This document shows, one piece after another, positions 50,931-62,899 of a stretch of 64,000 bases of DNA. Within the stretch, counting starts at the first letter, position 1. Every line of letters starts with the position of its first letter. The position numbers and the translations under genes were made by a program. Under the pieces are notes generated by a model. That model had not been told where the DNA came from and did no database searches. It saw nothing but the letters and a program-made list of their open reading frames with translations. Source of the stretch: Callorhinchus milii (Eukaryota); assembly GCF_018977255.1 (NCBI RefSeq), contig NW_024704742.1, positions 11,162,001 to 11,226,000 of the forward strand, given 5' to 3'.

Positions 50931-53900
50931 GGGGGAGGGGAGGGAGGTGTGGGGGCGGAGCGGGGGAACTGCGACGTCATAGATTAGTTTTCAGGTGCGT
51001 GCACGCGCAAAAAAAAAAAAACCCTCTGCGCCCCCCCCCCCCCCCCCCCCCAGGGCTCACATCAGAGCCCACTATGGTCCTGTTGGGTTCGCTGCACCAA
51101 TCTATGGGATAATGCCATCCACATGACCGCTCGCTCCCGGTCCGCGCGTGCGCACTATGGCTGCCGCTTTGACCCGAGGCCCCTCACCCCCTCCCTCCCA
51201 CCCCCCTCCTCTCTCCCCCAAAACCCTCCCCCCTCTGCATCTCTCCCGCTCTCTCCTCTCTCTCCGTCCCTCTCGTCTTCTATCCCCACTTGACCCTCCC
51301 ACAACCTCCCTCTGCTCCAGCCTGGGAATCCTCCGCCGGGCTCACCGTGGCACTCGGCGTTGGCTGTCCAGCAGCAGCCACACCGACTGCCCCATTCCCC
51401 ACCACACTCACCAGCCACCCCGGACACAGACCCGGGGAGTCAACCTCTCCTCCCTCATCCCCATTCCCCCACCCCTGCCTCACAACCTGGACCCCCCTCC
51501 CCTCCCACACACCCTTCTGTCAACCGCTCCCTCCACATCGGACTGCAAAATGTCCGCTCCCTCTGCAACAAGGCCCTGGTCATCAACGATCTCATCCTTG
51601 ATGAGAACGTTGATATCATGGCCTTAACAGAAACCTGGCTCACCCCAGGCGACACCTTCCCCCTCACGGAGGCCACGCCACCCGGCTACACCTCCCACCA
51701 CATCCCCCGCCCCAACCGCCGTGGCGGTGGTGTTGCCCTTATCTCAAGGACACCACTTGCCCTATCCCCTTACTCCACTGGCTCTTTCCCCTCCTTTGAG
51801 CACCTCACCCTCTCCCACCCCTCATTCCTCTCCCTTAAAATCCTCCTCCTCTACCGGCCCCCTAAAACCTCTCCCACCTTCATCTCTGACATTTCAACAC
51901 TCCTCACATCTCTTTGCCTCTGCTCCGATCGCCTCATCATCCTGGGCGACTTTAACCTACACTTCACACCCTCCTGCTCCATCTCCACAGACTTCTCTTC
52001 CCTGCTCTCCTCACTCAACCTCTCCTTACACATAAACTCCCCCACTCACAGTCACGGCCACCCACTCGATTTGGTGATCACCCGGGGCCTCAGTGTCTCG
52101 GATGTCACTATTACCGACAAGGCCATCTCTGACCACTACTTCATCTCCTTCACCACCTCCACCCCCCTCCCCACCTCCACCAGACCCACCACCATCTTCT
52201 ACCGCCCTTGGAAGAAGTTACCCCCACAATCCCTAACCGATGCCTTGGAGTCCTCTGAACTCCTCTCCCTCTGGCCTTCAACCCTCACCGACCCCTCTTC
52301 TCCTCTCTCCCTCCTCCACAATACCCTCTCCTCCACACTCGATACTCTTGCCCCCATCACTTCCCGCACTGTCTCCTACTCCCGCTCCTCCCCCTGGTAC
52401 ACCACCCACCTCCGCTCACTGAAAAGCCAGGTGCGGGCTGCTGAACGCACCTGTGTCAAATCTGGCCTAACGGTCCACCGACAAATCTGGCTGGACCTCC
52501 TCAAAATTTACCGCTCCACTCTAGCCTCGGCCAAGTCGTCCTTCTACTCCAGGATAATCCTGGAGGCGAAGAACAACCCCAGGCTACTGTTTTCCACCAC
52601 AACCCGACTCCTCCGTCCCCCCCGCCACCCCGCGCAGGTCATCTCCTCCAACCTTCACTGCGAGGAGATGCTGGATTTCCTTGAATCCAAGATCAAGGGA
52701 ATCCGCTCCGCGGTCACTTCCCCTCCAACTTCCACCCACCACCCACCCCTTCCCTCCCACACTCCGACTCCTACCCATCCTCCCCTACACACCTTCGTAC
52801 CCGTTTCCCCACCCTCTGTCACTGAACTCATCCTATCCCTAAAACCAACCACCTGCTCCCTTGACCCCATCCCCACTCCACTCCTTATCTCCCAGCTCCA
52901 CTTTCTTGCCCCACATATCACTGACATCATCAACCTGTCCCTCTCCTCTGGCTCTGTCCCCATTCCATTAAAAACTGCCATCATCACGCCCACCCTGAAA
53001 AAACCCTCCCTTGATGCGTCGCAGCTATCAAGCTACCGGCCCATCTCCAACCTCCCCTTTCTCTCCAAGGTCTTGGAAAGAGTTGTCGCCTCCCAACTGC
53101 GCTCTTTCCTTTCCACCCATTCTCTTTTCGAACCCCTTCAGTCAGGTTTCCGTGCTGCCCATAGCACAGAAACTGCCCTGGTCAAGGTCACCAATGATAT
53201 CCTGACCATCTGTGACCAGGGCTCCCTCTGTCTCCTCGTCCTCCTCGACCTATCGGCAGCATTCGATACGGTCGACCACGCTATCCTACTCCACCGCTTG
53301 TCCTCCCACCTCAACCTTCAAGGCACTGTCCTTGAATGGTTTAGGTCGTACCTTTCTCACCGTCTTCACTTTGTCTCAACGAATGGCTTCTCCTCCACCC
53401 CCCGCACTGTCTCATGTGGTGTCCCTCAGGGCTCTGTCCTTGGTCCCCTCCTCTTCACCCTCTATATGCTCCCCCTCGGTGACATCATCCGCAGACATGG
53501 AGTTAACTTCCACATGTATGCGGATGACACCCAACTCTACCTTTCCTCCTCTACTCTCAACTCCACGACCACCGATGTCCTGACAGCTGCCTGTCCGACA
53601 TCGAGTCCTGGACGAGAGACAACTTTCTTCAGCTCAACGTGCGAAAAACCGAGGCCCTCCTGATTGGCTCACGTCAGCGCCTCCGCACCTCAGGCGCTGA
53701 CACCATCAGCATCCAAGGCTGCACTCTCCACCTCTCAAAGCCAGTCAGGAACCTCGGCGTTTTGTTCGACCCTGAGCTGTCCTTTCTCCCTCACATCCGC
53801 ACCACAACTGGCACCGCCTTCCATCACCTCCGGAACATCGCCAGACTACGGCATTACCTCACCCCTCACGCTGCTGAAACCCTGGTTCACGCCTTTGTCA

Positions 53901-54559
53901 CCTCAAGGCTGGACTATGGGAACTCTCTCCTCGCCGGCCTTCCCGCCACCTCCCTCCACAAGCTGCAGGTCATTCAGAACTCTGCAGCTCGTGTACTGTC
54001 CCGCACCAGGCTTCGGGACCACATCACTCCCACCCTCGCTCGCCTCCACTGGCTCCCCATCCCCCAGAGGATTGATTTCAAGATCCTCATCCTCACCTAC
54101 AAGGCCATTCACGGCCTTGCTCCCTCCTACCTCTCCAACCTACTATCCCCCTACCTACCTGCCCGTACCCTCCGTTCCTCTGGCTCCGGTCTGCTCCACG
54201 TCCCCCGCCCCAACCGCCCTACCATCGGTGGTCGGGCCTTCAGCCTCTCAGCCCCAGGCTCTGGAACTCCATCCCCCAGTGCCTTCGCCTTGCTTCCTCC
54301 CTTTCCTCCTTCAAGGCCGGTCTCAAAACCTTTCTCTTTGACCGAGCCTTCAGCTCCCCTCTCGACTCTCTTCCCCCTCCTCGCTCCCTCCCTTCCCTCC
54401 CCTCACCCTGACCATTTCCCCCCTCCTCTCTCCCTCCCTTCCCTCCCCTCACCCTGACCATTTCCCCCCTGCTCGGGTCATGACCCAACTGTGCAGCGCC
54501 TTGGGACGTCCTCCTGATGTGAAAGGCGCTTTATAAATGGAATCTTGTTGTTGTTGTTG
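50931..54559 (+). mobile_element. Near full-length young L2-clade LINE (single EN-RT ORF, no separate ORF1) inserted in a minus-strand SINE
   Basis: APE endonuclease motifs ([26 protein letters not shown]), RT motifs ([30 protein letters not shown]), L2 C-terminus (LHWLPI..RIDFKIL, LWNS), 3' stem-loop and (TTG)n tail. The host SINE breaks at TGTA (50927-50930) and resumes at TGTA (54558-54561). Confidence 0.95.
51157..54411 (+). CDS. L2 endonuclease/reverse transcriptase ORF, interrupted by about three frameshifts (near 51500, 53590, 54255)
   Basis: ATG at 51157 (MAAALTRGP...[13 protein letters not shown]...RGVNLSSL) continues into ORF-track frames 51360-53663 and 53639-54457. Comparison with the sister copy at 27909-29845 shows single-base deletions near 53590 and 54255; the restored frame ends at TGA 54409-54411. 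Confidence 0.85.
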
Positions 54560-55380
54560 TATATTTGTGGGTAAAACGTGGCAGCCAATTGCGCACAACA
54601 GTGTCCCACAAACAGTCGTGGATTAAAAATGACCAATTTGTTATTGTTTTTTTTTGGAGGGATTATTATTAGGCGTGTGGAGAAAGGAAACTTGCCCAAA
54701 GTTTTGCCCTGCCTGGAATTGAACCCAGGTGTCTCGCTTGCAAAGCGAGTGCTCTAACCACTGAGCTACGCAACTCCACATGATGATGATTTAGACCCTG
54801 ATCTAGTAGTTTTTGGACTAAACTGTTTCTAAACTACAGGATCAAGCACTCCAGGATGCTGCCCTGCGGGAAAGGCACTATATAAATGCATGTTATTGTT
54901 GTTGATGATCAGCTGTGGTACATGGGAACAGGAGGAAGCCATTCAGCTAATTGAAGCAGTTCCACAATTTCATTAGATAATGGCAAATGTATGAATCCCA
55001 TATCCCTGGAGTCCTGTAGTGTATTGGTTGGAGCACTCGCCTCGCAAGCGAGAGAACCTGGGTTCGATTCCCAGTGATACTTTAGGCAAGTTTCCTTACT
55101 CCACATGCCTCTATTTACCCAGCAGTACATAGAACCCAGTTGTTAGTCTTGCTGACCTGCCAGTAATATTCTCCGGTATGGTTAAGCTGAATGCAGACTT
55201 CCAGTGAGAGAGTGCACTTTCCATTTCAGACAAGAAAATATCCATGTGAAGGTGGCAGACATATGTGGAATACTCAGTCTGGTTTGGATACTCTTAAGCG
55301 TGATGATGGGTTTCCACATTGACTCATATTCAGCCTTCCCTTTAGAAGTGAAAATAAATTCATTATGTAAATATGTACAC

Positions 55381-55471
55381 CTGAACCATTCTGCAGCTAA
55401 CCACAGAATTCCTTGGGCTCGTGACCTCTGAGTCATGTTGTGGTCAACTGAACAAGGTTTGAATAAGTACT
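55381..55471 (-). CDS. Candidate 91-bp exon, duplicated at 56961-57051
   Basis: Acceptor ttcatttatttacag and weak donor CAG|gtgtac; single open frame YLFKPCSVDHNMTQRSRAQGILWLAAEWF. Confidence 0.25.
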
Positions 55472-55524
55472 CTGTAAATAAATGAATATCACAATAACAA
55501 GAAGCGATGCTTTTATAATGAATT

Positions 55525-55790
55525 TCATAGAATTATACAGCACAGAAGGAGGTAATTTGGCCCATCGTGTCTGTGCCGGCTCTTTGAAAAAAGCTTCCAA
55601 ATCAATCCCAATCCCCCGCTCTATCCCCATAGCCCTGCAAACATGTCCTCTCCAAACAATTATCTACTTCTCTCTTAAAAGTTGTTATCGAATTGGCTTC
55701 CACCACCCATTCAGGCAATGCAGATCCAAACAACTCGCTGCGTGAAAAAAAATTCTCCTCACCTCCCCTCTGTTTCTTTTAACAACTATT
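55525..55790 (-). mobile_element. CR1 3' fragment
   Basis: 'catagaattatacagcacagaaggagg..atttggcccatcg' is the reverse of a CR1 3' UTR; 'gcgtgaaaaaaa' is the reverse of FFTQR. Confidence 0.75.
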
Positions 55791-58239
55791 TTCAGTGCTA
55801 TTTTGAATTTCAATTCAAAATTTAGTTCTTTGTAGATTATATTTTTATTTTGTAAACCATATTTCCATTAATAACTTCATTCATGACATTAAAATTTTTA
55901 TGCATGGGGAAATGCTCAACATGAATTTATACATGAACATGGCAGCCAATTTGCACACAGCATTGTAAAACAACAACAACAAAATTACATTTGTAAAGAG
56001 CGTTTCATATCGGGAGGACATCCCAAGGTGCTGGACAGACAGAGTTACGGACCCGAGCTGGTGGTCGGGGTGGGGAAGGGAAAACATAAAGTCAATTCAC
56101 TTTACAGTTATTCTGTGAAGCACTTTGAGACATACATAATTCCTGATTTCAATCACATCACTGTGGGCAATTACCCAGTGAAGACTTGGAACTTTCCAAT
56201 TGCCCCTTCACTGCACGCTCCTTATAAACAAACCTATGTTAAAAACCAAGCAATGTTATATTGGGTTCTCCTGTATGATGGCATACGCTTCATTATTTGC
56301 ATAGGCTTCCATGTACCCATTTGTAACATGCCATAGTATGTGGCTCTGCCTTTCCAACATCTAGAGGCCTTATTAATGACGATCACTATTACAGCACAGT
56401 GTGTTGAGTTTACAGCTATTTATGCCTGGGCTGGGACATTACTTCTGCAAAACCAAATCTTCTTTCAACTCACAGTTGCTTTGACTAGGGATGTAAGACC
56501 ATTCTTAATAAGTCTTGCTTTCTGAGCCTTTCGTCTACTACTTTGGATAATGCAATAACATTAGCCAAGACTTCAGATTTATACGATGATTGAGTTTATT
56601 AGATATCCTATTGAGATCTCCACACCCATTTGGCTGGATCACATTTGCTGCACTTACCAAACCTTTACTTTGTGCATCAATTCCACTGGGTTCTAGTCCA
56701 TTCCCCATACATCACGTTTGGCACATCCCCATAATGAAAGTTAGATTAACATTTGGAGTAGATGAGGGAAAAACATCCCCACAGTCTCATATTGTGTTAA
56801 ATAATAAGTAAATGTTACGTGCTGCATTTATTGATCTAATCCTGCAATTGAGGAGCTGTTGATTTTTCACCAGTTCTAAACTCCAGTGGATATTTTCTGA
56901 TAACAACTAGCACTTTAATGGTGCTTTTCATGAATAAATTCATTATGTAACTATGTACACCTGAACCATTCTGCAGCTAACCACAGAATTCCTTGCGCTC
57001 TTGACCTCTGAGTCATTTTGTGGTCAACTGAACAAGGTTTGAATAAGTACTCTGTAAATAAATGAATATCACAATAACAAGAAGCGATGCTTTTATAATG
57101 AATTTCATAGAATTATCATAGAATGTTTGAAATCACTTCACAGATAAAGTGGAATCAATGAATATTAATAAATGTGCTTCTAATCTTGTACATGTGTGAT
57201 ATAACACCATTAATTAGAGAAATGCTTCTTGTTGTAGTCTGTTTTTGTGCATTTTTATAATATTTTGCCCAGCCAGCTGTTTAAGTCACTTGAGATGTCC
57301 TCCTGATATGAAAAATGCTTTACAAATGTAAATTGTATTGTAGTTATGCTGATTATAGTTATTACTGAACTGGCGCTTGAGATTTGACAGTGAATTATGA
57401 GGTTATTCGACTGTTGTGCACATCACAGCCAAACTCTATCCATTCCTTACCCAGGTTCTACACCTGGACACTCCAGAAGGGGGTCGTGAGAAGCAGCAGA
57501 AATGTTGGCTGATATTTCCCTGACTCAGGTTTGCTAACACACCCCATGCGGCTTTTCACTGGGTCATTGGGGAGGTGTCGATATATCTCCTTATATCATC
57601 ATCGACCAAAATGGAGCGCAGAACTTATCAAGCCATTATTTTCACATGGAGAAGGCATTTATTGTGAATAGTAAATCATGTATTTAAAACCCATACCCAA
57701 TAGTCTTAATCATCAAGCATCTGTTACTCATTTTCCTTGTGGATAAGGATCATGTCTGCCTACACATGACACTATAATTTTTCCAGTTGCACTGAATTTT
57801 AACAGAAAACTTAGTTTGCAATGGCTACCATCATTTGGCAATCAAGATACAACAATACAAAATTACTTTGGATAGCGACTTTCACATCAGGAGGACGTCC
57901 CAAGGAATTGGAGAGTCAGGGATTTGGACCTGAGCAGGGGGTTTGGGATCTGAGAGGGAAGGAGGGTGGCCAAAGGCATGGTCGAAGAGGAGGGTTTTGA
58001 GACGGGCTTTGAAGGAAGCAAGGGAGGGAATAAAGTGAAGGGAATGTGGGCTGGAGTTCCAAAGGTGGGGGCAGTGAGGCTGAAGGCCCGCCCGCCAATG
58101 GTGGGGCGGGAGACGTGGAGCAGGTCGGAGCTTGCTGAACAGAGGGAATGGACACGTTGAAGGGAGCAGAGTCAGGAGAGTGCGGGGCAGAGTTGAGGCC
58201 TGGCTGCCTATAAAGCACAGCCAGGTGAGGAGCCACTCC

Positions 58240-59712
58240 GGATCAGAACTGCTGTCATCATCCCCCTCTTCAAAAAACCTTCCCTAGATCCCTCAAACCC
58301 CAACCAATACCGCCCCATTTCTAACCTGCACTTCTTCGCAAAAGTCCTAGAACGTGTTGTTGCCAACCAATTCCGCGCACACCTCTCCTCCCACTCCCTC
58401 TTCGAACCCCTCCAATCCGGTTTCCACCCTGCCCAAGGTACAGAGACTGCGCTTGTGAAAGTCACAAACGACATCCTCTCTATCTATGACCAGGGTTCCC
58501 TCTGCGTCCTTGTCCTCCTGGAACTCTCCGCGGCGTTCGACACAGTCGATTACGCCATCCTCTTCCACTGCCTTTCCTCCGTCACTCCTCAGTGGGACCG
58601 TACTCACCTGGTTCGAGTCCTACCTCACAACCTGCCAGCAGCACATCTGCACAAATGGCTTCTCCTCCTGCTCTCACCTGCGGGGTACCCCAAAGATCCA
58701 TCACTGGCCTCCTCCTCTTTCTGATCTACATGCTCCCTGTTGGGGATGTCATACGCAGACATGGGGCACATTTCTACAAGTATACGGACAACACCCAACT
58801 CTATTTTTCCAACTCTCTTTGCGACCCCCCAGTCCCCTGATGTTCTGTCAGTCTGCCTATCAGATCTCAGGGGCTGGATGAGCGTAAATTTCCTTCAACT
58901 GAACGTTGACAAGACGGAAACCATATTCTTTGGCTCTTGTCAACGTCTAAAATCTCACGGCTCTCACCTCCTCCACCTACCCAACCTCCCCCTAAAACTC
59001 TCCGAACCCATACGCAACCTAGGTGTCAGGTTCGACCCATAATTATCCTTCCTCCCCCACATCCGGTCCCTCACCAGCACCGCTTTCTTCCACCTCTGAC
59101 GCATCCCCAGACTCTGCCAATACCTCTCTCCAAAAGTCGCTGAAACCCTGGTCCATGCCTTTGTCACCTCTCAGCTGGACTATTCTAACGCCCTCCTCGC
59201 CAGTCTCCCCTCCACTACCATTCATAAAATCCAGGTCATTCAAAACTCTGCCATCTGCGTTCTCATCCGCACCAAACTCCACTCCCCAATCACCCCAGTC
59301 CTTGCTAGACTGCACTGGCTGCCCATCCCAGAGAGGATCGACTTCAAGATCCTCACCCTTGTATTCAAATCCCTCCGTTCCTCTCACTGTCTCTCTCCTC
59401 AAATCAGTACCCGTTGCCTTCGTTCCTCCGGGTCTGGGCCTCCTCCTCGTCCCGAGTCCTCCGCTCCACCCTCAGCGGCCGTGCCTGCAGCCACTATGCC
59501 CTGACGCTCTGGAGTTCCCTTCTTCACTCCCTTCGCCTCACTCCCTCTCTTCCTATTTTCAGGTCTCTGCTGAAGACCTTTCTCTTCAACTGCGCTTTTG
59601 GTCATCTTCCTCCCCCTCCCACTGGCTTGGCCCCGGCATCCGTTACTGTAAAGTGCTCTGAGACGCCGTCCGGCATGGAGGGCGCTGTATAAATCCAAGT
59701 AGTTGTTGTTGA
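58240..59712 (+). mobile_element. L2 of a second family, RT to 3' tail, degenerate
   Basis: L2 RT peptides (KVTNDIL...[21 protein letters not shown]), a distinct tail loop 'gagacgccgtccggcatggagggcgc' and (TTG)n. Confidence 0.9.
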
Positions 59713-60349
59713 TATGCATAATAATCCTTGTATTTGATACAGTTCCTTTTTATTGTCATCAGAACATCTCAAAACACTTCCAGGAGTGTTGGGTCTGTGA
59801 ATTCTGCAGGTCAACTCCTACTCAGAAAATGTAGTAAATGGCCCAGCATTTGAACCAAAAATGAGATGAACAGGGATCTATCCTGTGTTCATAATATTCT
59901 ACCGAAAAATAATCTGGTTGAGCTACAGGACCAAATGTCATTTACTTTAGGAGCTTTAGGAGCTATTGCTCTGAATTTCCCTTTGCATTTCCAACCTCCA
60001 AGATTGACATTCTGCCCAGGCTTCCATCTCCCTCCATCCTTCACCACTCAAATGAGTTTTTATAGAAGTCCGCCATGCTGCACATTAGACATACAGATGG
60101 CACTGAACTGTTAATTAGTGGTTTACTGTGTTAATGCAGCAAAAAAATCGGAACAAAGCTGATATTGCACTGAGCAGCAATCTAACCTAATTCCACAATC
60201 CTGATGCAATCTGGATGTCCAAGACATGATGTGACCAGCTTCTCCGCAGGACATTGGAAAGGGAATTAGGAGGGAGCGAGATTCGCCTCAAACTCACCCA
60301 GAAACCAGTGGATGTAAGTCATCATATTTCAATGATATGCTAGTTCACA

Positions 60350-60682
60350 CATCATAAATAGAGAAACTATTTCCTCTGGTGGGGGAATCCAGAACAAGGG
60401 GACACAATCTTAAAATTAGAGCTAAGCCATTTTGTAGTGAAATTAGGAGGCAGTTTTTCACCCAAGGGGTAGTGGAAATCTGGAACTCTCTCCCCCAAAA
60501 GGCTATGGATGCTGGATCCATTCACATCTTCAAGACGAAGGTGGACAGATATTTGTTAGGTCAGGGTATTAAGGGATATGGGGCAAGGACGGGTAATTGA
60601 ACTTGTGGTTCAGATCAGCCATGATCTTCTCGAATGGCAGAATAGGCTTGAGGGGCTAAATGGCCTACTCCTGTTTCTATAT
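60350..60682 (+). mobile_element. CR1 3' fragment
   Basis: ORF GESRTRGHNLKIRAKPF..FFTQGVVEIWNSLPQKA plus the CR1 3' UTR. Confidence 0.9.
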
Positions 60683-62611
60683 AATTACTAATTTCACCCA
60701 GAATGTCTTATCTTAACTAAGTCAAATGCTATGAGTTGGAACTAGATACAAAGCTGGCTTGGTATTCAACAAACTTTCCCATTGACAAGATCCAGCCTCA
60801 AATTCCATTCCACCTTTTGTTTTGTGTCTTGTTGAGTGTTTTTTTATTAGATTCCATCAGTCAACCTGAAGTGGCTATGAACAAAACAATGCAACAGTGG
60901 AAATGCTTCTCAGGGGAATTAGGAATAAGTGGAGTGGGTTACCTTAACCCTGCCCAGTTCACTTCTGAGGTTACATTTGGAATATTGGGCCTGCTTTCAG
61001 GAACCCTACTTCTGAACCAATGTTGACATCTCAATGAGTGTTCAGTGAAGAATTCTGGGACATCAGTCTCTAAATTATTAAGAGAGAGGTTGACAGAACT
61101 CACCTTGTTTTCCAATGGGGAAGAGAAGATTAAGGTAGGACGTAATTCAATCCTTTAAAATGCAAAGGTGATATTTAACTTGGGGTGGACCATTACTCTA
61201 GAATTAACAAACCTTTAAATTAACAAGTCAGACAATATATCCCCGAGTATCGATTTATCCCCAAGTAGAATTGTCATTCATGAAAAGCGGTTGAAGGAAT
61301 GATAAAGTATGACTTTAAACTGAATGAATGAGTGGCTGGTTATGGGAGGCATTAAATATAAGCAATTAAATGATAAATATAGGCCACAATGTTCAAGTAT
61401 TACCTTGAACAGGTCAGTCTATTCTTATGGTTTAGCAGTCAGTTTCCATCTACAGTAACTACAGTGGGTAGAGTCCATAACAATGCACATACAAATAGAA
61501 CCACCATCTATTGGAAGGGATAAAGGGCTCCTAGATAAGTGGGGAATAAATAGCGAGCACTAGGACCTCAGGGGTGAGGTCTTCTTAAGGAGGTGACGTT
61601 GCCCCCATCTCTCTTGGGATGGGGGCTAGGAGTGGAGGCTGAAGGCTGAAGGTGGGGCCTGGGGTGGGGGCTGAGTGTGGAGGATGGGGGCTGGGTGCTT
61701 GGGTCTGGGGGATGGAGGGCTGGGCTAAGCAGGAGATCCTGGCTTGGAAGGGCCAGGGAGCTTGAGGCCCAGGTTACTTGGCTGGCCTGAGGTTGGTTAA
61801 TCAGGAGAGATTGCGAGTGGCTGGTTCTGTGAGAGGGCTGGGAGGCATTAGTCCAGGTGACTGCTCAACGATTGTTTTGTTGCTGTTCCAGGTTTCCTCC
61901 ACCCCAAAATTAAACATGTGTCTCAGTAAGTGTGTGCGCATCTGCTGCGCTTGGGCGGTCTGCACTACAATATAATAATAATAATTAATGCTTGCAATAT
62001 AATAATTATTAATAATAATATCGTCACTCAATCCATGACTGTTTGTGTGCAATTGTCTGTCATCTTTCGCCCACAAAATATACAGTCACTACACTTTACA
62101 GTATATTCTTGAAGCGCTTTGAGACGTCTCGAAGACATGCGCTACAGCAAATGCAAGGATTATTATATCTATTATTTTGTGAGCAAACACAGCAGCCAGT
62201 TTGTGTCCCACAAACAGCCAAGAAATGAATGAACAATTTTATTCCAGTTGCAGATTTAAAAAGGAGTTTAGGAGGAACTTCTTAATGTAGAAAATGTGGA
62301 ACACACAATCAGATTTAGAAAGAAAGCTCACTTTGAATGTCCTTCCACAGTGAAAGTAATTCTATCAATGGTAACCATATTTTAATGTATTCAATGCATT
62401 TAACAGAAAATGTGACCCACGCATGAGGGAGAAGGACACACATGGGGAAGGGATGTATGTTTAAGCTACAGATGGGAAGATGGTGGCAATGCTCTCACAC
62501 ATTTCATACTGAGCTGTGTTACCCACCAGGAAGCTCGCGAGAAATTCCTGGTACCTGTCACTCATCTGGCGAGGGCTCAGACATACACTTCTCAGGTGTA
62601 AAATAACTAAC

Positions 62612-62880
62612 TCATGACAACCTCCTTGGGGGGAGGAAAGCAGGGTCTCCATGGAGCTGAACTGACTTATTTGGCAACTTAATGTCAGAATGAAGCCAAC
62701 TCTCTGTGGCAGTCTCAGTAGTGCGGATCCCGGCCAGATGGGTGCTGATGACAGCTCAGCCAGTCTGGCCCATCAGCAGGACCCGGGGGGGGAGTGGGGG
62801 CAGACCAGCCACCAGGGGCACGAACCCTTTCTCTCAGCTCCTGTCACCCTGCAGGCCACGCCCCAATGGATAGGATGGGC
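62612..62880 (+). repeat. Unclassified structured repeat, copy 3, directly upstream of an L2 5' region
   Basis: Shares the blocks GGAGCTGAACTG, CTCTGTGGCAGTCTCAGTA, TGCTGATGA..CATCAGCAGGAC, GGCAGACCAG and TCAGCTCCTGT with copies 1 and 2. Confidence 0.75.
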
Positions 62881-62899
62881 TCTGAGGGCTCAGCCGATC

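Larger units (their letters stand above)
50835..54778 (-). mobile_element. tRNA-Ala-like SINE split by the full-length L2 (parts 50835-50930 and 54560-54778)
   Basis: The tail lies left of the L2 and the head right of it; the two are collinear once the L2 is removed. Confidence 0.9.
55353..57116. repeat. 184-bp direct duplication (55353-55536 and 56933-57116)
   Basis: Offset 1580 bp; four substitutions seen. Confidence 0.95.

Noticed and set aside
61560..61800. G-rich tract as a promoter or CpG island
   Set aside because: Low-complexity and CpG-poor; probably degenerate repeat-derived sequence.
62525..62585. RNase P RNA-like words (GGAAGCTC, CCTGTCACTC)
   Set aside because: The conserved P4 halves (GGAAGGUCUGAG and CAAUUCAGAC) are not present.
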